Made by a program: the position numbers and the translations under genes. From sequence record MT708547.1: DNA of 64,000 nt. The stretch is one strand, 5' to 3'. The stretch's first letter is position 1, and each line of letters begins with the position of its first letter. Below the pieces are notes generated by a model that saw nothing but the letters and a program-made list of their open reading frames with translations, was not told where the DNA came from and searched no databases. Below, one piece after another: positions 28,363 through 45,081 of the stretch.

Positions 28363-31300
28363 ATGTATATTGATGCATATATGGAACGAAAACGTAGTGG
28401 TGATGTGTTGCATGTAGTAGAACGAAAAAATGGAAAGCGTATTCTACGAGAATTACAACCACTATATGAGTATTATGTAGAAAATGTTAATGGTAATCAC
28501 AAAACCATTTATGGTACTAAAGCAGAAAAACTGGAATTCGATACTGCATCTGAACTAAAACGAAGTATAGAAAAAAATGTAGCAAATGGAATCAGAACAT
28601 TTGAAGGTAAATTCAATGTTGTATTCAAAACGCTTGCTCAATACTATATGGGTACTGAATCACCAGATTTAAACATTGTATTCTTCGATATAGAAACTGA
28701 TTTTCATAAGAAATTTGGTTATGCATCTCCATCTAATCCCTTTAATCGTGTAACAGCCATTTCATTATATCAGTCATGGACAGGTAAAGATTATGTACTT
28801 ACCCTTGCTCCAGAAGATATGACAACAACAGAAGCACAGGATATTGTCAATAAACTAAATGCGGAAACTAATGATCCAAATTCAAGTGTAATTCTTTATA
28901 CTGATGAAAAGGAAATGTTCATGGATTTCTTTAGTCTAATTGATGATAGTGATGTATTATCTGGATGGAATAGTGAATTTTTTGATATTCCTTACATGAT
29001 TAACAGAACCAAAATTATCTTCAATGAAGCCATGACTGCTCGTTGGTGTTTATGGAATAAAAAACCAATTGCACGTGAAGCGGATAACTTTGGTAAATTG
29101 GTACAGACATATGATTTGGTTGGTCGAGTTCATCTTGATTATCTTGCTCTTTATAAGAAACACGCTGCTCAGGTAGAACAATCGTATAAACTTGATTATA
29201 TCGCAGAAAAAATCACAAAAGAAAATAAAGTACAGTACGAAGGATCTCTGGATAAATTATATAGAGAAGATTATATGACTTTCCTTCGATATTCTAAACA
29301 GGATAGTATTCTTCTCAAAAAAATCGATTCTATTCTTGACTATATTAGTCTGCATAACCGACTGGCACATAAAGAATGTGTTCTCATCAAAACTACTATG
29401 GGTTCAGTAGCACTGATTGACACTTCAATTATCAATCTAGCACACAAACGTTGTGAAGTGGTATTTGATAAAAAAGAAGAGGTTGAAATTGATCCAGAAC
29501 TTGAGTACTATGATGGATACGATGATGATGAAGACAATAATGATTCAAAACTCAGTGCAAAAGCAGCAGGTGCATGGGTACAAGATCCAATATTAGGATT
29601 AGTTGAATACTTAGGTTGTACTGACTTTAACTCACTTTACCCAACTGTACTTCGAACTCTAGGAATGAGTACTGAATGTATTCTTGGGCAAATTAGACAA
29701 GATTATACAGAAAAATACTTAGAAGAACGTATATCTGAACAAAAAGCAAAGTCTAAATCAAAATCATTTGAACCGGAGTGGACAGCAGCATGGCATGGTT
29801 TATTCGCCGCTGTGGAGTTTACGATGGTACATGAAAGAAGTGAAAAACTACTGACTATTGATTTAGAAGATGGCAGTTCTTTCCAGGCAACTGGTTCACA
29901 GTTATATGATATTATATTCAGTCCAGAAAGTACTATTGTACTTAGTGCAAATGGAACACTATTTGATAAATCAAAATATGGTGTTATTCCAGATATCCTA
30001 ACGCAATGGTATTCTGAGCGTAAAGCCCAGCAAAAAATGGTAATTGATTATAAACATATGGCTTCAGATGGTTGGGAAATCCCATCACCTGATATTGTTC
30101 AAAATATGTTTTCACAATTCAGTACTAAATCATACTATAAAACAAACCTTCATGAAGAAGATCCAGTATATCTTCTACGTAAAGCTATAGGTGATAATAA
30201 TCTTGAAGAAATTGCTCGTCTTATTGTAGAAAATAATTTAGTACTAAAAGATGGACGTATTTTTTGTTCAGATGAGGATAAAAAATATTTCAAACAACAA
30301 AGTGCTTTCTGGAAACAAAACCAACAAATTCGTAAAATTCTTCTAAACAGTCTTTATGGTGCACTATTGAACAAAGGAAGTACTTTCTTTGATAAACGAC
30401 TTGGACAATCAGTAACACTAACTGGCCGCTCAATGACAAAACACATGGCAAGTCGCATTAATGAAATTACTACTGGGGTTTATAATCACACTGGTGGTAG
30501 TGTTATATATGGTGATACCGATTCTGTGTACTTCAGCGTTGTTCATTATTTAAAAGAACAAAACATTCCATGTGATCTAAGTAAAGAAGAGATTGTGGAT
30601 ATGTATATAAAAATTGGCGATGAAGTGGGTGAATCTTTTCCTGAATTTATGGACAAAATGTTCAATACTGGAATTGAAAAAGGTAAAATTGTAGGTGCTG
30701 ATCTGGAAATGGTTGGCTCCCGAGGGCTGTTCCTTAAAAAGAAACGTTATGCTATACTGAAATATTGGGAAGATGGGTTCCGTAAAGATGTTGATGGTAA
30801 ACCTGGTGAAATCAAAGCAATGGGGCTTGAGATTAAGCGTTCAGATACACCAAAATACATCCAGAACTTCCTTGAAGAGACTTTAATGGCATTACTGGTA
30901 GGGGAGTCCGAGAGTGAATTAAAACAGCGTGTACGCGATTTTAAGGCGGTATTTAAGGACAAACCAGCACACGAAAAGGGTTCACCTAGAACAGTGAAAA
31001 ATTATTCAAACCTTGAAGCTGATTTTAAAAATACTGGTAAATGTCATGTAGGTCACGTCCTCGCTGGTATTCAATGGAATATGTTACGCAATGCATATGA
31101 TGATAAAACTGTGCCAGAAGTTACTGATGGTACTAAAGTGATTGTATGTGATTTGAAACCAAATCCACTTGGAATTACTAAAATTGGTTATCCAATTGAT
31201 TGTGCTGAGTACTTACCTGAGTGGTTCCTTGAATTACCGTTCGATACAGATAAAATGGAAGAAATTATCTTAACTAAAAAACTGGATAATATCTTTGGTA

Positions 31301-31365
31301 TTCTTGATATGGATATTGGTATTCATGAAAAAAGTACTGCACAGGATTTTGGATTTTTCTCGTAA
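28363..31365 (+). CDS. gp43: Family B DNA polymerase
   Basis: Exonuclease motifs FFDIET, GWNSEFFDIPY, YSKQD; polymerase motifs DFNSLYP, KILLNSLYG, YGDTDS, KKRYA. Confidence 0.97.
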   Translation: MYIDAYMERKRSGDVLHVVERKNGKRILRELQPLYEYYVENVNGNHKTIYGTKAEKLEFDTASELKRSIEKNVANGIRTFEGKFNVVFKTLAQYYMGTESPDLNIVFFDIETDFHKKFGYASPSNPFNRVTAISLYQSWTGKDYVLTLAPEDMTTTEAQDIVNKLNAETNDPNSSVILYTDEKEMFMDFFSLIDDSDVLSGWNSEFFDIPYMINRTKIIFNEAMTARWCLWNKKPIAREADNFGKLVQTYDLVGRVHLDYLALYKKHAAQVEQSYKLDYIAEKITKENKVQYEGSLDKLYREDYMTFLRYSKQDSILLKKIDSILDYISLHNRLAHKECVLIKTTMGSVALIDTSIINLAHKRCEVVFDKKEEVEIDPELEYYDGYDDDEDNNDSKLSAKAAGAWVQDPILGLVEYLGCTDFNSLYPTVLRTLGMSTECILGQIRQDYTEKYLEERISEQKAKSKSKSFEPEWTAAWHGLFAAVEFTMVHERSEKLLTIDLEDGSSFQATGSQLYDIIFSPESTIVLSANGTLFDKSKYGVIPDILTQWYSERKAQQKMVIDYKHMASDGWEIPSPDIVQNMFSQFSTKSYYKTNLHEEDPVYLLRKAIGDNNLEEIARLIVENNLVLKDGRIFCSDEDKKYFKQQSAFWKQNQQIRKILLNSLYGALLNKGSTFFDKRLGQSVTLTGRSMTKHMASRINEITTGVYNHTGGSVIYGDTDSVYFSVVHYLKEQNIPCDLSKEEIVDMYIKIGDEVGESFPEFMDKMFNTGIEKGKIVGADLEMVGSRGLFLKKKRYAILKYWEDGFRKDVDGKPGEIKAMGLEIKRSDTPKYIQNFLEETLMALLVGESESELKQRVRDFKAVFKDKPAHEKGSPRTVKNYSNLEADFKNTGKCHVGHVLAGIQWNMLRNAYDDKTVPEVTDGTKVIVCDLKPNPLGITKIGYPIDCAEYLPEWFLELPFDTDKMEEIILTKKLDNIFGILDMDIGIHEKSTAQDFGFFS

Positions 31366-31377
31366 TGATGGTGATAT

Positions 31378-31740
31378 ATGTTTGAAGATGAAATTCAAAG
31401 GAATAATGAATTGTATGAAGAGTATAAAAAAATGAAATCTGAAACAAAACAAAAGAACATTAACATAAGAATTACAGAATGTCTAATGAGTAATACTATC
31501 GATTCAGTACTGGCATATGATGCAATAGATGAGGACATTCTAACCAAGAATGGTTTCGTTAGAACAGGAACTATTTCTTTGTGTAATGAGATTGTTGGTG
31601 TTTATAGAAACCCAGTAAATAAAAAAACTTTTACTATAGAAATTGGTGATGATGTAGAACATCCATCAAATTTCATTGAAAAGGTTAACAATGAAATAAT
31701 TAAAAAATCAGATAAACACTATCTGTACAACTGGAAATAA
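31378..31740 (+). CDS. Hypothetical protein
   Basis: 120-aa ORF following the polymerase gene. Confidence 0.55.
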   Translation: MFEDEIQRNNELYEEYKKMKSETKQKNINIRITECLMSNTIDSVLAYDAIDEDILTKNGFVRTGTISLCNEIVGVYRNPVNKKTFTIEIGDDVEHPSNFIEKVNNEIIKKSDKHYLYNWK

Positions 31741-31760
31741 TTATTTTTTTATTAAAAAAT

Positions 31761-31789
31761 CTGAACAAGACAAGCATTTGTGATAAAAT
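31761..31789 (+). promoter_or_regulatory. CTGAAC-N17-TAAAAT promoter
   Basis: Conserved promoter class, with extended TG. Confidence 0.6.
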
Positions 31790-31852
31790 GCTTGTGTTGG
31801 AAAAGCAAAGAAACAACGATTAAATTTATAAAATAACAAAGAGGAATTAAAT

Positions 31853-32596
31853 ATGGATCTACGCAGTGTACTACGCGATCTGATGAACACTACTTCTAGT
31901 ATGAATTTTGATAAAATTTCCATTACTAAAGAAGATCGTGGCGATGGTGAAAAAATTTATATGGAAAGTAAAGCAGATCAAAATGCTATTGTAATGCGTG
32001 CGTATGTAAAAGAGTCCGTACCTGAACTGGTTGAACTAAGTGGTCGTTTTGGTCTAGGTCAACTAGGTTTACTACAAGGTCTTCTGAATCTTAATACATT
32101 TAAGACTGAAGACACAAAAATTGTACCAATTATCAAAGATGGTGCTGTTAAAAGTCTAACCTTTACATCACCAGAAGCAACAACCAATTTTGTTGTTATT
32201 TCTGATAAACTAACACCACAGGCTGTTAAAGTTGCTGAGCGTGGTTATGAAATTCAAGTAACACCAAGTGCTTCTAAAATTCAGGAACTCAAAAGCTTTA
32301 GTTCTCTGTTCAAATCAATGAGTACTAAAATTACTCCTTACACCGAAAATGGGACTCTATATTTCTCTTGTGGTGAGAAAAATAAAAATACTTCAGGTGG
32401 TGTACTTGCATTCTGTCTGTGTGATGTTGAATACCCAATGCTACAAGGCTATGAAATTGATTCAGTACTATCAGCTACTGCTCGTGTAGCAAACGCAGAA
32501 AGTACTGAAATGTTTATTACAAATAAAGGTCTAATGAAAATTAAAGTTGATACTGGAATTGCAGTATACGAATTTTTCATGCAAGGTTCAGTATAA
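31853..32596 (+). CDS. Putative sliding clamp (gp45-like)
   Basis: 247 aa, beta-rich two-domain pattern and size typical of gp45, near the polymerase; no diagnostic motif. Confidence 0.5.
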   Translation: MDLRSVLRDLMNTTSSMNFDKISITKEDRGDGEKIYMESKADQNAIVMRAYVKESVPELVELSGRFGLGQLGLLQGLLNLNTFKTEDTKIVPIIKDGAVKSLTFTSPEATTNFVVISDKLTPQAVKVAERGYEIQVTPSASKIQELKSFSSLFKSMSTKITPYTENGTLYFSCGEKNKNTSGGVLAFCLCDVEYPMLQGYEIDSVLSATARVANAESTEMFITNKGLMKIKVDTGIAVYEFFMQGSV

Positions 32597-32655
32597 GTAA
32601 TAACTAAAATGGGGAAAATGAATTTCCCCATTATAATAAAGGAGAAAATATAAAA

Positions 32656-32862
32656 ATGCCAATTTATACTTATCGTTGTAGTACCGAAAATTGTACTAAT
32701 GTAGAAGATAAAATTGTTAAATATTCAGAACGTGAAAATCCAAAAGACTGTAAAGTGTGTGGTTCTGAAAAATCAATGCATTTTGAAAATTTCACACCGG
32801 GTGACAAAGGTGCAGCTTTTAACTACAAAGGAAATTGGTTGAATACCACAGGGAGATATTAA
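32656..32862 (+). CDS. FmdB-family zinc-ribbon protein
   Basis: MPIYTYRC...C...CKVCG...F.YKG.W pattern. Confidence 0.8.
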   Translation: MPIYTYRCSTENCTNVEDKIVKYSERENPKDCKVCGSEKSMHFENFTPGDKGAAFNYKGNWLNTTGRY

Positions 32863-32863
32863 T

Positions 32864-33163
32864 ATGAAATTAAAAATGATTAATGATTATGTACTGGTAA
32901 AACTTATTAAAGCAGAGGATACTAGTGCTGGTGGTATTATTCTAAGCAATGTTGAACCGCCTTGCGTCGGTCTTGTATTGTCAGTAGGTAAGGGTAAAGT
33001 TCTACCTAATGGCGAAATTGCTGAACATGATATTAAAGAAGGTGATATGGTTATTTTTGGTAAATCATCCCTTAATATACCAATTGAAGAAGATCTTGGT
33101 GGTGGAAAGGATACTTATCATGTAATGAAAATTGAAGAAGTGTTTGGTAAGAAATATGCATAA
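32864..33163 (+). CDS. groES: GroES-like co-chaperonin
   Basis: DYVLVK...SAGGIIL...GLVLSVGKG...IKEGDMVIF motifs. Confidence 0.92.
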   Translation: MKLKMINDYVLVKLIKAEDTSAGGIILSNVEPPCVGLVLSVGKGKVLPNGEIAEHDIKEGDMVIFGKSSLNIPIEEDLGGGKDTYHVMKIEEVFGKKYA

Positions 33164-33863
33164 GAAAAAACGTCTCTTTCCATTTTGGTTAATTCCAGCC
33201 CATTGGGGATTAACTGGAAAAGCAAAAGAACTCGCTAAAATCAATTATTATTATTCAGGAAAAGATGCTGATCTTATGAGTGCAGAACATATGTACTTAA
33301 CTCCATATGAAATTGATAAAGCCAAAATGGAAATCAACAAAAAATATGATGATATTAGTGAACTACTATATCGTATCGGTGTTGTTGATTTGGATTTAAA
33401 ATACAATCGAATTTCTAAACTGGAGCACAGTAATTTAGTACTGGACATTCGATATGAATTAAAAGAACTGGATGAAAAAGAGTACGAAGCTCAAAAAATC
33501 GAATTACTTCATGATGGTGTGGAAAAGAAATTAGCTGCAATTGAATATTCATATAAGTATCATGAGATTACTGAAAATGAATATCATAAAGAAATCGCAA
33601 CTATTAACAAAGAACCATGGGGTCAATTATATTCATCATATAATCCAGAAGAAGGATCAATTGAATTTTCTTTTGATTATAATGAATATTTTTGGAAAAA
33701 ACTAAAAGCTGATGGTCATCCGGGTAATGACGAAGATGAGATTATCGATAATTATATCAGATATTGTTGTCGAAACATTGCACAGGATGATAATGAAGTT
33801 TCTGAAAGTGATGATGTGGTAATTCCAGATATTCTTCCAGAAGGATTTAAATCTTACAAATAA
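33156..33863 (+). CDS. Hypothetical protein
   Basis: Long ORF, probable start ATG at 33156 (track starts at 33132). Confidence 0.6.
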   Translation: MHKKKRLFPFWLIPAHWGLTGKAKELAKINYYYSGKDADLMSAEHMYLTPYEIDKAKMEINKKYDDISELLYRIGVVDLDLKYNRISKLEHSNLVLDIRYELKELDEKEYEAQKIELLHDGVEKKLAAIEYSYKYHEITENEYHKEIATINKEPWGQLYSSYNPEEGSIEFSFDYNEYFWKKLKADGHPGNDEDEIIDNYIRYCCRNIAQDDNEVSESDDVVIPDILPEGFKSYK

Positions 33864-33864
33864 T

Positions 33865-33898
33865 AAAAAAGGAGAATCATTTTGATTCTCCTTTTTTT
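33865..33898. terminator. Bidirectional terminator
   Basis: AAAAAAGGAGAATC-ATTTT-GATTCTCCTTTTTT between convergent genes. Confidence 0.85.
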
Positions 33899-33910
33899 AT
33901 ATATTAAAAA

Positions 33911-34606
33911 TTAGCTTACCAGAGCAGGGATCCATTTATACATCTTAATGGCGAAATCACCCGCCGCATCAGCAGCGGTACTTAGTAGTGGAACTATTGT
34001 AACGCCATCTTTAGCCAGCATTGGAACACCAGTAAGATCATCAATCAACAGACGACCTACTTCTTTTTCAGTACTTGGAACACCCTGGAAGGAACGAATG
34101 TTTTTATCAAATACATCAGCACGTTCGATCATAAAGGTAACAACAGTAGCAGCAGCGATTGAAGCAGTACCTACAGAAAGAACACCATTTGGTGCATTGG
34201 TAAAATCTTCAATAGCAACACCAGTAGGATTGCCAGCGATTTCAGAAGTACTCAGAATAACTGCACGTTGCTGAACAATATCAACAATACGTTGTAGATT
34301 CAGTTGAGCAGCATAGGCAGCATTGTAATCAGCTTCAAGAGTTGCAACAACGAATGGAGTACCGTCAACGCGGATAATACCTTTTTCGTTAAGATAAGCA
34401 ACGATTACTTCTGGTAGTTCAGTGTTTAGAAAACGTTGAACACCGACAAATGAACTAATTGCACCAGTAACCATAAAATCAACATTACCTAGTTTACTTA
34501 CAGCGATTGATGCAAGGGCATTCTTACCATAGAAGTAGCCAAGTACTTTATCATAAGAAAAGCCATTAATACGTTCAAATTCGGTATTAGTAGTATTAGT
34601 AGCCAT
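33911..34606 (-). CDS. Putative virion structural protein (paralogue of 34622..35230)
   Basis: Ala/Val-rich; high-expression codons; shares QRAV and IER.DVF.K motifs with its neighbour. Confidence 0.6.
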   Translation of the reverse strand: MATNTTNTEFERINGFSYDKVLGYFYGKNALASIAVSKLGNVDFMVTGAISSFVGVQRFLNTELPEVIVAYLNEKGIIRVDGTPFVVATLEADYNAAYAAQLNLQRIVDIVQQRAVILSTSEIAGNPTGVAIEDFTNAPNGVLSVGTASIAAATVVTFMIERADVFDKNIRSFQGVPSTEKEVGRLLIDDLTGVPMLAKDGVTIVPLLSTAADAAGDFAIKMYKWIPALVS

Positions 34607-34621
34607 AGTTAATTCCCCTTA

Positions 34622-35230
34622 TTATAGTTGTACTGGTAGTGCAGCACGTACTTTAACAGCAGCAGCAGTTGCAGCAGCGGCATTACCGCTTGCACCAGTA
34701 CCACTTAGAGCATCGACAACGGCATCTTTAGTACGGAAAATACCAGCCTGCACCAGTGCTTTAGCTAGATCTTCTGCTGGGTTAACGGGGACGTCATAAG
34801 CAGCACCTGGACGTTTATCTTGTTTGTTGAATACGTCTTGGCGTTCGATGATCCAAGTAATAGCAACAGAACCAGCACCACCAGCAACATCAACGCCGCT
34901 GGTTGCAAATGCAACTACATTAGCAGAAGCGGTTTTGAAATTGGAAGGGATAACAACATCAGTATCAAATGCAATTGTAGAAGTAGTAACCAGTACTGCA
35001 CGTTGACGTAGCAGTGAAGTAATTACGAACTGATTGTATTGAGCATTGGTTAGTGCAGTTTGAAGTGCTTGATCTTGTTCTTCAGAACCATCAGAGGTTA
35101 CTTTGGTATGACCAACTTCAACATCAGTTGGTAGATCAATTACTACGGTTACAAAACCGTTATTACCACCCCACCATTCGCGGCTATCAGCACTCATACC
35201 ATAGTTGCGGTTAAAAGAGTTAAGACTCAT
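34622..35230 (-). CDS. Putative virion structural protein (paralogue of 33911..34606)
   Basis: As above; GATAAATA late-type motif at 35283..35290 (-). Confidence 0.6.
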   Translation of the reverse strand: MSLNSFNRNYGMSADSREWWGGNNGFVTVVIDLPTDVEVGHTKVTSDGSEEQDQALQTALTNAQYNQFVITSLLRQRAVLVTTSTIAFDTDVVIPSNFKTASANVVAFATSGVDVAGGAGSVAITWIIERQDVFNKQDKRPGAAYDVPVNPAEDLAKALVQAGIFRTKDAVVDALSGTGASGNAAAATAAAVKVRAALPVQL

Positions 35231-35363
35231 AAAAAAATCTCCTTAGTCAATTTTGTTGTAAGTTTTCACCTTACTTAAAGTTATTTATCAAAATAAATCA
35301 GACCCCATTAAAATATAATAAAAAAGTCCAATTTTAACATAATAATATTTATCTTTTAAATAT

Positions 35364-35393
35364 TTGAACGAATTAAAATCTAAATGATATAAT
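35364..35393 (+). promoter_or_regulatory. TTGAAC-N18-TATAAT promoter
   Basis: Conserved promoter class upstream of rnh. Confidence 0.7.
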
Positions 35394-35429
35394 ATTATTG
35401 CTTATTATGAAATGAAACGGAGTTCATAA

Positions 35430-36901
<1,472 letters not shown>

Positions 36902-36936
36902 TTCAGGAGAAATGATAAGGATATCATTTTATTTTT

Positions 36937-40273
<3,337 letters not shown>

Positions 40274-40298
40274 ATATCTAAATAAAATACTAAAATAA

Positions 40299-41591
<1,293 letters not shown>

Positions 41592-41598
41592 ATAAAAT

Positions 41599-41708
41599 CT
41601 GAACAAAAACTTGTAAGTTGATATAATGAATATTGTAAGGAGATGTACCTACAAATATAAAAAAGCAGTTAAATAATTTTGAACAAAAACACAAAAATGT
41701 TCTATAAT
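41599..41708 (+). promoter_or_regulatory. Tandem promoters CTGAAC-N17-TATAAT (41599..41627) and TTGAAC-N18-TATAAT (41679..41708) for the SSB gene
   Basis: Two members of the conserved promoter class, 80 bp apart. Confidence 0.75.
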
Positions 41709-41801
41709 TATTTGGTAGGAAGGAAGAATGAATTTTCTTCTGATATTAGTGACAAAGAAAATATAAACAAAGATGCAATTAAACATAAAGGACTATAATC
41801 T

Positions 41802-42887
41802 ATGAAAACTCTAGCAGAAATTCGTGCAGAACTAAAAGCTCAAGCTGAAAAACAAGAAGCTCAAAAGAATGGTACATTTGTTGGTGAACGTAAACCAGAT
41901 TCTTTCTTGGCTTTTTGGAATGTTGGTTTAAATGAAACTCTAAACCTTCGTTTTCTACCTGATGCAGATGAATCAAATCCATATTTCTGGCGTGAACGTG
42001 ATATGATTAATCTTACCTTTAATGGTATTAAAGGTGTTAAACAAGAACGTGTAACTGTTCAAGTGCCATGTAATGAAATGTGGGTACCAAAAAGCTGCCC
42101 AGTATTGACTGAAGTTCGCAAATGGTTTGATGAAGCAAATAAAACCGAAAACGAGGAACTGAAAAAACTAGCATCCTCTTACTGGAAAAAGAAAACCTAT
42201 CTGATGCAATGTTTTATTGCTCCAGACAGTGCACCAGTTAAAGATGATATTGCTCCAGAAAACCCAATTCGTCGAATTCTAGCTAATAAAGATATCTTCG
42301 AAAAAGTAAAATCCATTCTACTTAATCCTGGTATCAAAGAAATGCCAACTCACTTCGAATATGGTCGTGATTTTGGCATTACTAAAACTAAAAATGGTGG
42401 TGGGTATAACAATTATGATAGCTCACAATTTTCTATGTCTGAACGTCCACTAAGTGCAGAAGAACGTGCAGCAATTGAAAAATATGGTCTGTATAATCTA
42501 AATGATTTTATGCCAAAACAACCAAACGCAGAAGAACTACAAGCAATCAAAGAAATGTTCGAAGCATCAGTAAAAGGTGAAGCTTATGATCCAGATCGTT
42601 GGGCTTTTGCTTACCGTCCAGCAGGTGTTCAAAAACCACAAACTACATCTCCTGCTGATGTGATTGCTAGTGCAAATATTCAAACTCCATCTGTAAGTAC
42701 TGAACCATCAACTCCTGTAGTAGAGAGTACCAGTACTGCTGCATCAGACCTGCTAAATCGCCTGAAAACTAACAGTACTGCACCAGTACAGGAACCAGTA
42801 GTTGCATCAGCACCAGTTCCTGAAACTACCAAAAGTACTGCTTCAGCAGCAGATCTAATTGCCCGTCTGAAACAACAACAAAAATAA
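41802..42887 (+). CDS. gp32: Single-stranded DNA-binding protein
   Basis: LRFLP, CPVLTEVRKWF, GRDFGITKT...NYDSSQF; precedes uvsX. Confidence 0.85.
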   Translation: MKTLAEIRAELKAQAEKQEAQKNGTFVGERKPDSFLAFWNVGLNETLNLRFLPDADESNPYFWRERDMINLTFNGIKGVKQERVTVQVPCNEMWVPKSCPVLTEVRKWFDEANKTENEELKKLASSYWKKKTYLMQCFIAPDSAPVKDDIAPENPIRRILANKDIFEKVKSILLNPGIKEMPTHFEYGRDFGITKTKNGGGYNNYDSSQFSMSERPLSAEERAAIEKYGLYNLNDFMPKQPNAEELQAIKEMFEASVKGEAYDPDRWAFAYRPAGVQKPQTTSPADVIASANIQTPSVSTEPSTPVVESTSTAASDLLNRLKTNSTAPVQEPVVASAPVPETTKSTASAADLIARLKQQQK

Positions 42888-42917
42888 TAAGTTTTTGGTA
42901 CAATATAGAGTATATAA

Positions 42918-42944
42918 TAAAGGAGCTATGGATTAGCTCCTTTT
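42918..42944 (+). terminator. Terminator-like hairpin after gp32
   Basis: AAAGGAGCTA-TGGAT-TAGCTCCTTTT. Confidence 0.65.
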
Positions 42945-42960
42945 CATTTCAAATGGAGAA

Positions 42961-44079
42961 TTGAATATGAAACTGACAAGTGGTTTTGCTAATATTTTAA
43001 AAAATAGTACTGCATCAGTTAAAAAGAATACTGGTGTTAGCGTTGGATTCCATGATCCTGATACATGGATCAGTACTGGGAACTACGCATTGAATTATAG
43101 AATGACTACTGATTTTCACAAAGGGGTGCCGCTCGGCAAAGTCGCCATGCTATCAGGCCAAAGTGGTAGTGGAAAATCTTTTATTGCATCTGGTAATATT
43201 GTGCGAGAAGCACAGAAGCAAGGTATTTTTGTAGTACTAATTGATTCTGAAAATGCTCTTGATGAAGATTGGTTACATGCTTTGGGTGTAGATACTTCAG
43301 AAGATAAACTTCTAAAAGTTAACATGGGCATGATAAACGATGTAGCCAAATTCACATATGAATTTATTGATGGCTATCGAAAAGAATATTCAGATGTTCC
43401 TCGTGAAGATCGTCAGAAAGTTCTGTTTGTTGTAGATAGCATTGGTTTCTTATCTGTACCAGCCGCCGTAGATCAATTTAAAACAGGTGATCTTAAAGGT
43501 GACATGGGGATAAAGGCTAAACAATTAAAGGCATATATTACACAATGTGTAAATTCATTCGGTGATTTAAATATTGGTATGGTTTGTGTTAATCACTCAT
43601 ATGAATCTCAAGATATGTTCAATCCAGATCCTAAGATCTCAGGAGGACAAGGGCTTGTCTATGCTTGTAGTATGGTGGTTGCTATGTCTCAACTAAAATT
43701 AAAAGAAGATACCGATGGAAATAAAACTTCAGAAGTAAATGGCATTCGTGCTATTTGTAAAGTGATGAAGTCTAGATATGCAAAACCTCATGAAACCGTG
43801 GAAATCAAAATTCCGTGGGATACTGGTATGAATCCTTACAGTGGATTAGTTGAAATGTTTGAAAAATATAATCTACTTACAAAATCAGGAAATCGTCTTA
43901 CTTATACTGATATTGATACTGGTGAACAAATTATCAAATATAGAAAAGCATGGCAATCAAATGAAGATCAGTGTTTGGATTTGATTATGAATCAATTTCA
44001 CAGAAATCCATTGATTACCCCTGTTTCAGAAGAAGAAAAGGGTGATGAATCATTTGGTGTAGAACCAGATGTAGAATAA
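42961..44079 (+). CDS. uvsX: RecA-like recombinase
   Basis: ISTGNYALN, SGQSGSGKS Walker A, LIDSENA, VVDSIG, SGGQGLVY motifs. Confidence 0.95.
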   Translation: MNMKLTSGFANILKNSTASVKKNTGVSVGFHDPDTWISTGNYALNYRMTTDFHKGVPLGKVAMLSGQSGSGKSFIASGNIVREAQKQGIFVVLIDSENALDEDWLHALGVDTSEDKLLKVNMGMINDVAKFTYEFIDGYRKEYSDVPREDRQKVLFVVDSIGFLSVPAAVDQFKTGDLKGDMGIKAKQLKAYITQCVNSFGDLNIGMVCVNHSYESQDMFNPDPKISGGQGLVYACSMVVAMSQLKLKEDTDGNKTSEVNGIRAICKVMKSRYAKPHETVEIKIPWDTGMNPYSGLVEMFEKYNLLTKSGNRLTYTDIDTGEQIIKYRKAWQSNEDQCLDLIMNQFHRNPLITPVSEEEKGDESFGVEPDVE

Positions 44080-44086
44080 ACATTTT

Positions 44087-44113
44087 AAATGGTTGGCATT
44101 GAGTCAACCATTT
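44087..44113 (+). terminator. Terminator after uvsX
   Basis: AAATGGTTG-N9-CAACCATTTT. Confidence 0.55.
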
Positions 44114-44154
44114 TGTTATACTTTCAGTATAACATTTTAATTTAGAGTTTAATA

Positions 44155-45081
44155 ATGTCAAAGAAAATAACACAATTTGACGCAGAGAATAATGTTAATT
44201 TAAAATGCATTGAAAAGAATTATAATTTTAAACCATTTATATATATTGGTTCAAAAGAAACAATGTTAAATTTAATATGTCATTGTGGTAATGAATGGTG
44301 CACAACATCATATAACAGTTTTATTAGTGGTAATAAAGGCTGTCCTGAATGTGGTAAGAAGAGTGATTCATTAAAACTTTCTCAGGAAAAAGCCGAAGAA
44401 GGTGTAAAAGCTAAATGTATTCAGAAAAACTATACGTATAAATCATTTGTATATGTTAATAACAAAACGAGAATTCCTGTTAAATGTCATTGTGGTAATG
44501 AATGGAATCCAACTTATAATGATTTTGTTGATGGTGATTATGGATGCAGAAAATGTGCAGGAACTAAAAAAATAACACAAGAAGAAGCTGAATATAATAT
44601 TAAACAGAAATGTTTAGAACGAAATTATTCTTTTCAATCATTTAACTATGTGAATAATAAAACTGGAGTTCCATTAATATGTCATTGTGGACATGAATGG
44701 AAATCTGCATATAATGATTTTATTACGGGTAATAGAGGATGCCCTAAATGTGCTGGAAAAGAACAGCATTATTCTTATATACATTTAGTATTAGATCCAT
44801 CTAATGATTCTATTCTTGGATTAAAATATGGAATTGAAACTATTAAAAATAATAGACATAAAAAGCAAAATCGTTTGTCTTATTATACTATTAAACCATA
44901 TTTTACATTTTATTTTGAATCTTCTGAAGATTGTAAAAAAGCAGAAAAACAATGTAAAAAAATATTTAAACCAATATTCACAAAAGAAGAATTACCTGAT
45001 GGATATACAGAAACTACAATAGAAGATAATTTGGATAAAATTATTTCTATCTATGAAAAATGGGGTGGAATTAAACAATAA
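44155..45081 (+). CDS. Free-standing homing endonuclease-like protein (three CHCG.EW...GC..C repeats + T5orf172-like C-terminus)
   Basis: Three roughly 70-aa zinc-ribbon repeats; YIHLV...KYGI...R...AEK.CK...LPDGYTET. Confidence 0.7.
   Translation: MSKKITQFDAENNVNLKCIEKNYNFKPFIYIGSKETMLNLICHCGNEWCTTSYNSFISGNKGCPECGKKSDSLKLSQEKAEEGVKAKCIQKNYTYKSFVYVNNKTRIPVKCHCGNEWNPTYNDFVDGDYGCRKCAGTKKITQEEAEYNIKQKCLERNYSFQSFNYVNNKTGVPLICHCGHEWKSAYNDFITGNRGCPKCAGKEQHYSYIHLVLDPSNDSILGLKYGIETIKNNRHKKQNRLSYYTIKPYFTFYFESSEDCKKAEKQCKKIFKPIFTKEELPDGYTETTIEDNLDKIISIYEKWGGIKQ

Noticed and set aside
28363-31365. Possible intein or intron in the DNA polymerase
   Set aside because: The ORF is continuous with no splicing motifs; the ~70-aa extra segment in the fingers region looks like an ordinary insertion.
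41709-41801. T4 gene 32-type autoregulatory pseudoknot leader
   Set aside because: The leader is A-rich but no convincing pseudoknot pairing could be identified by eye.
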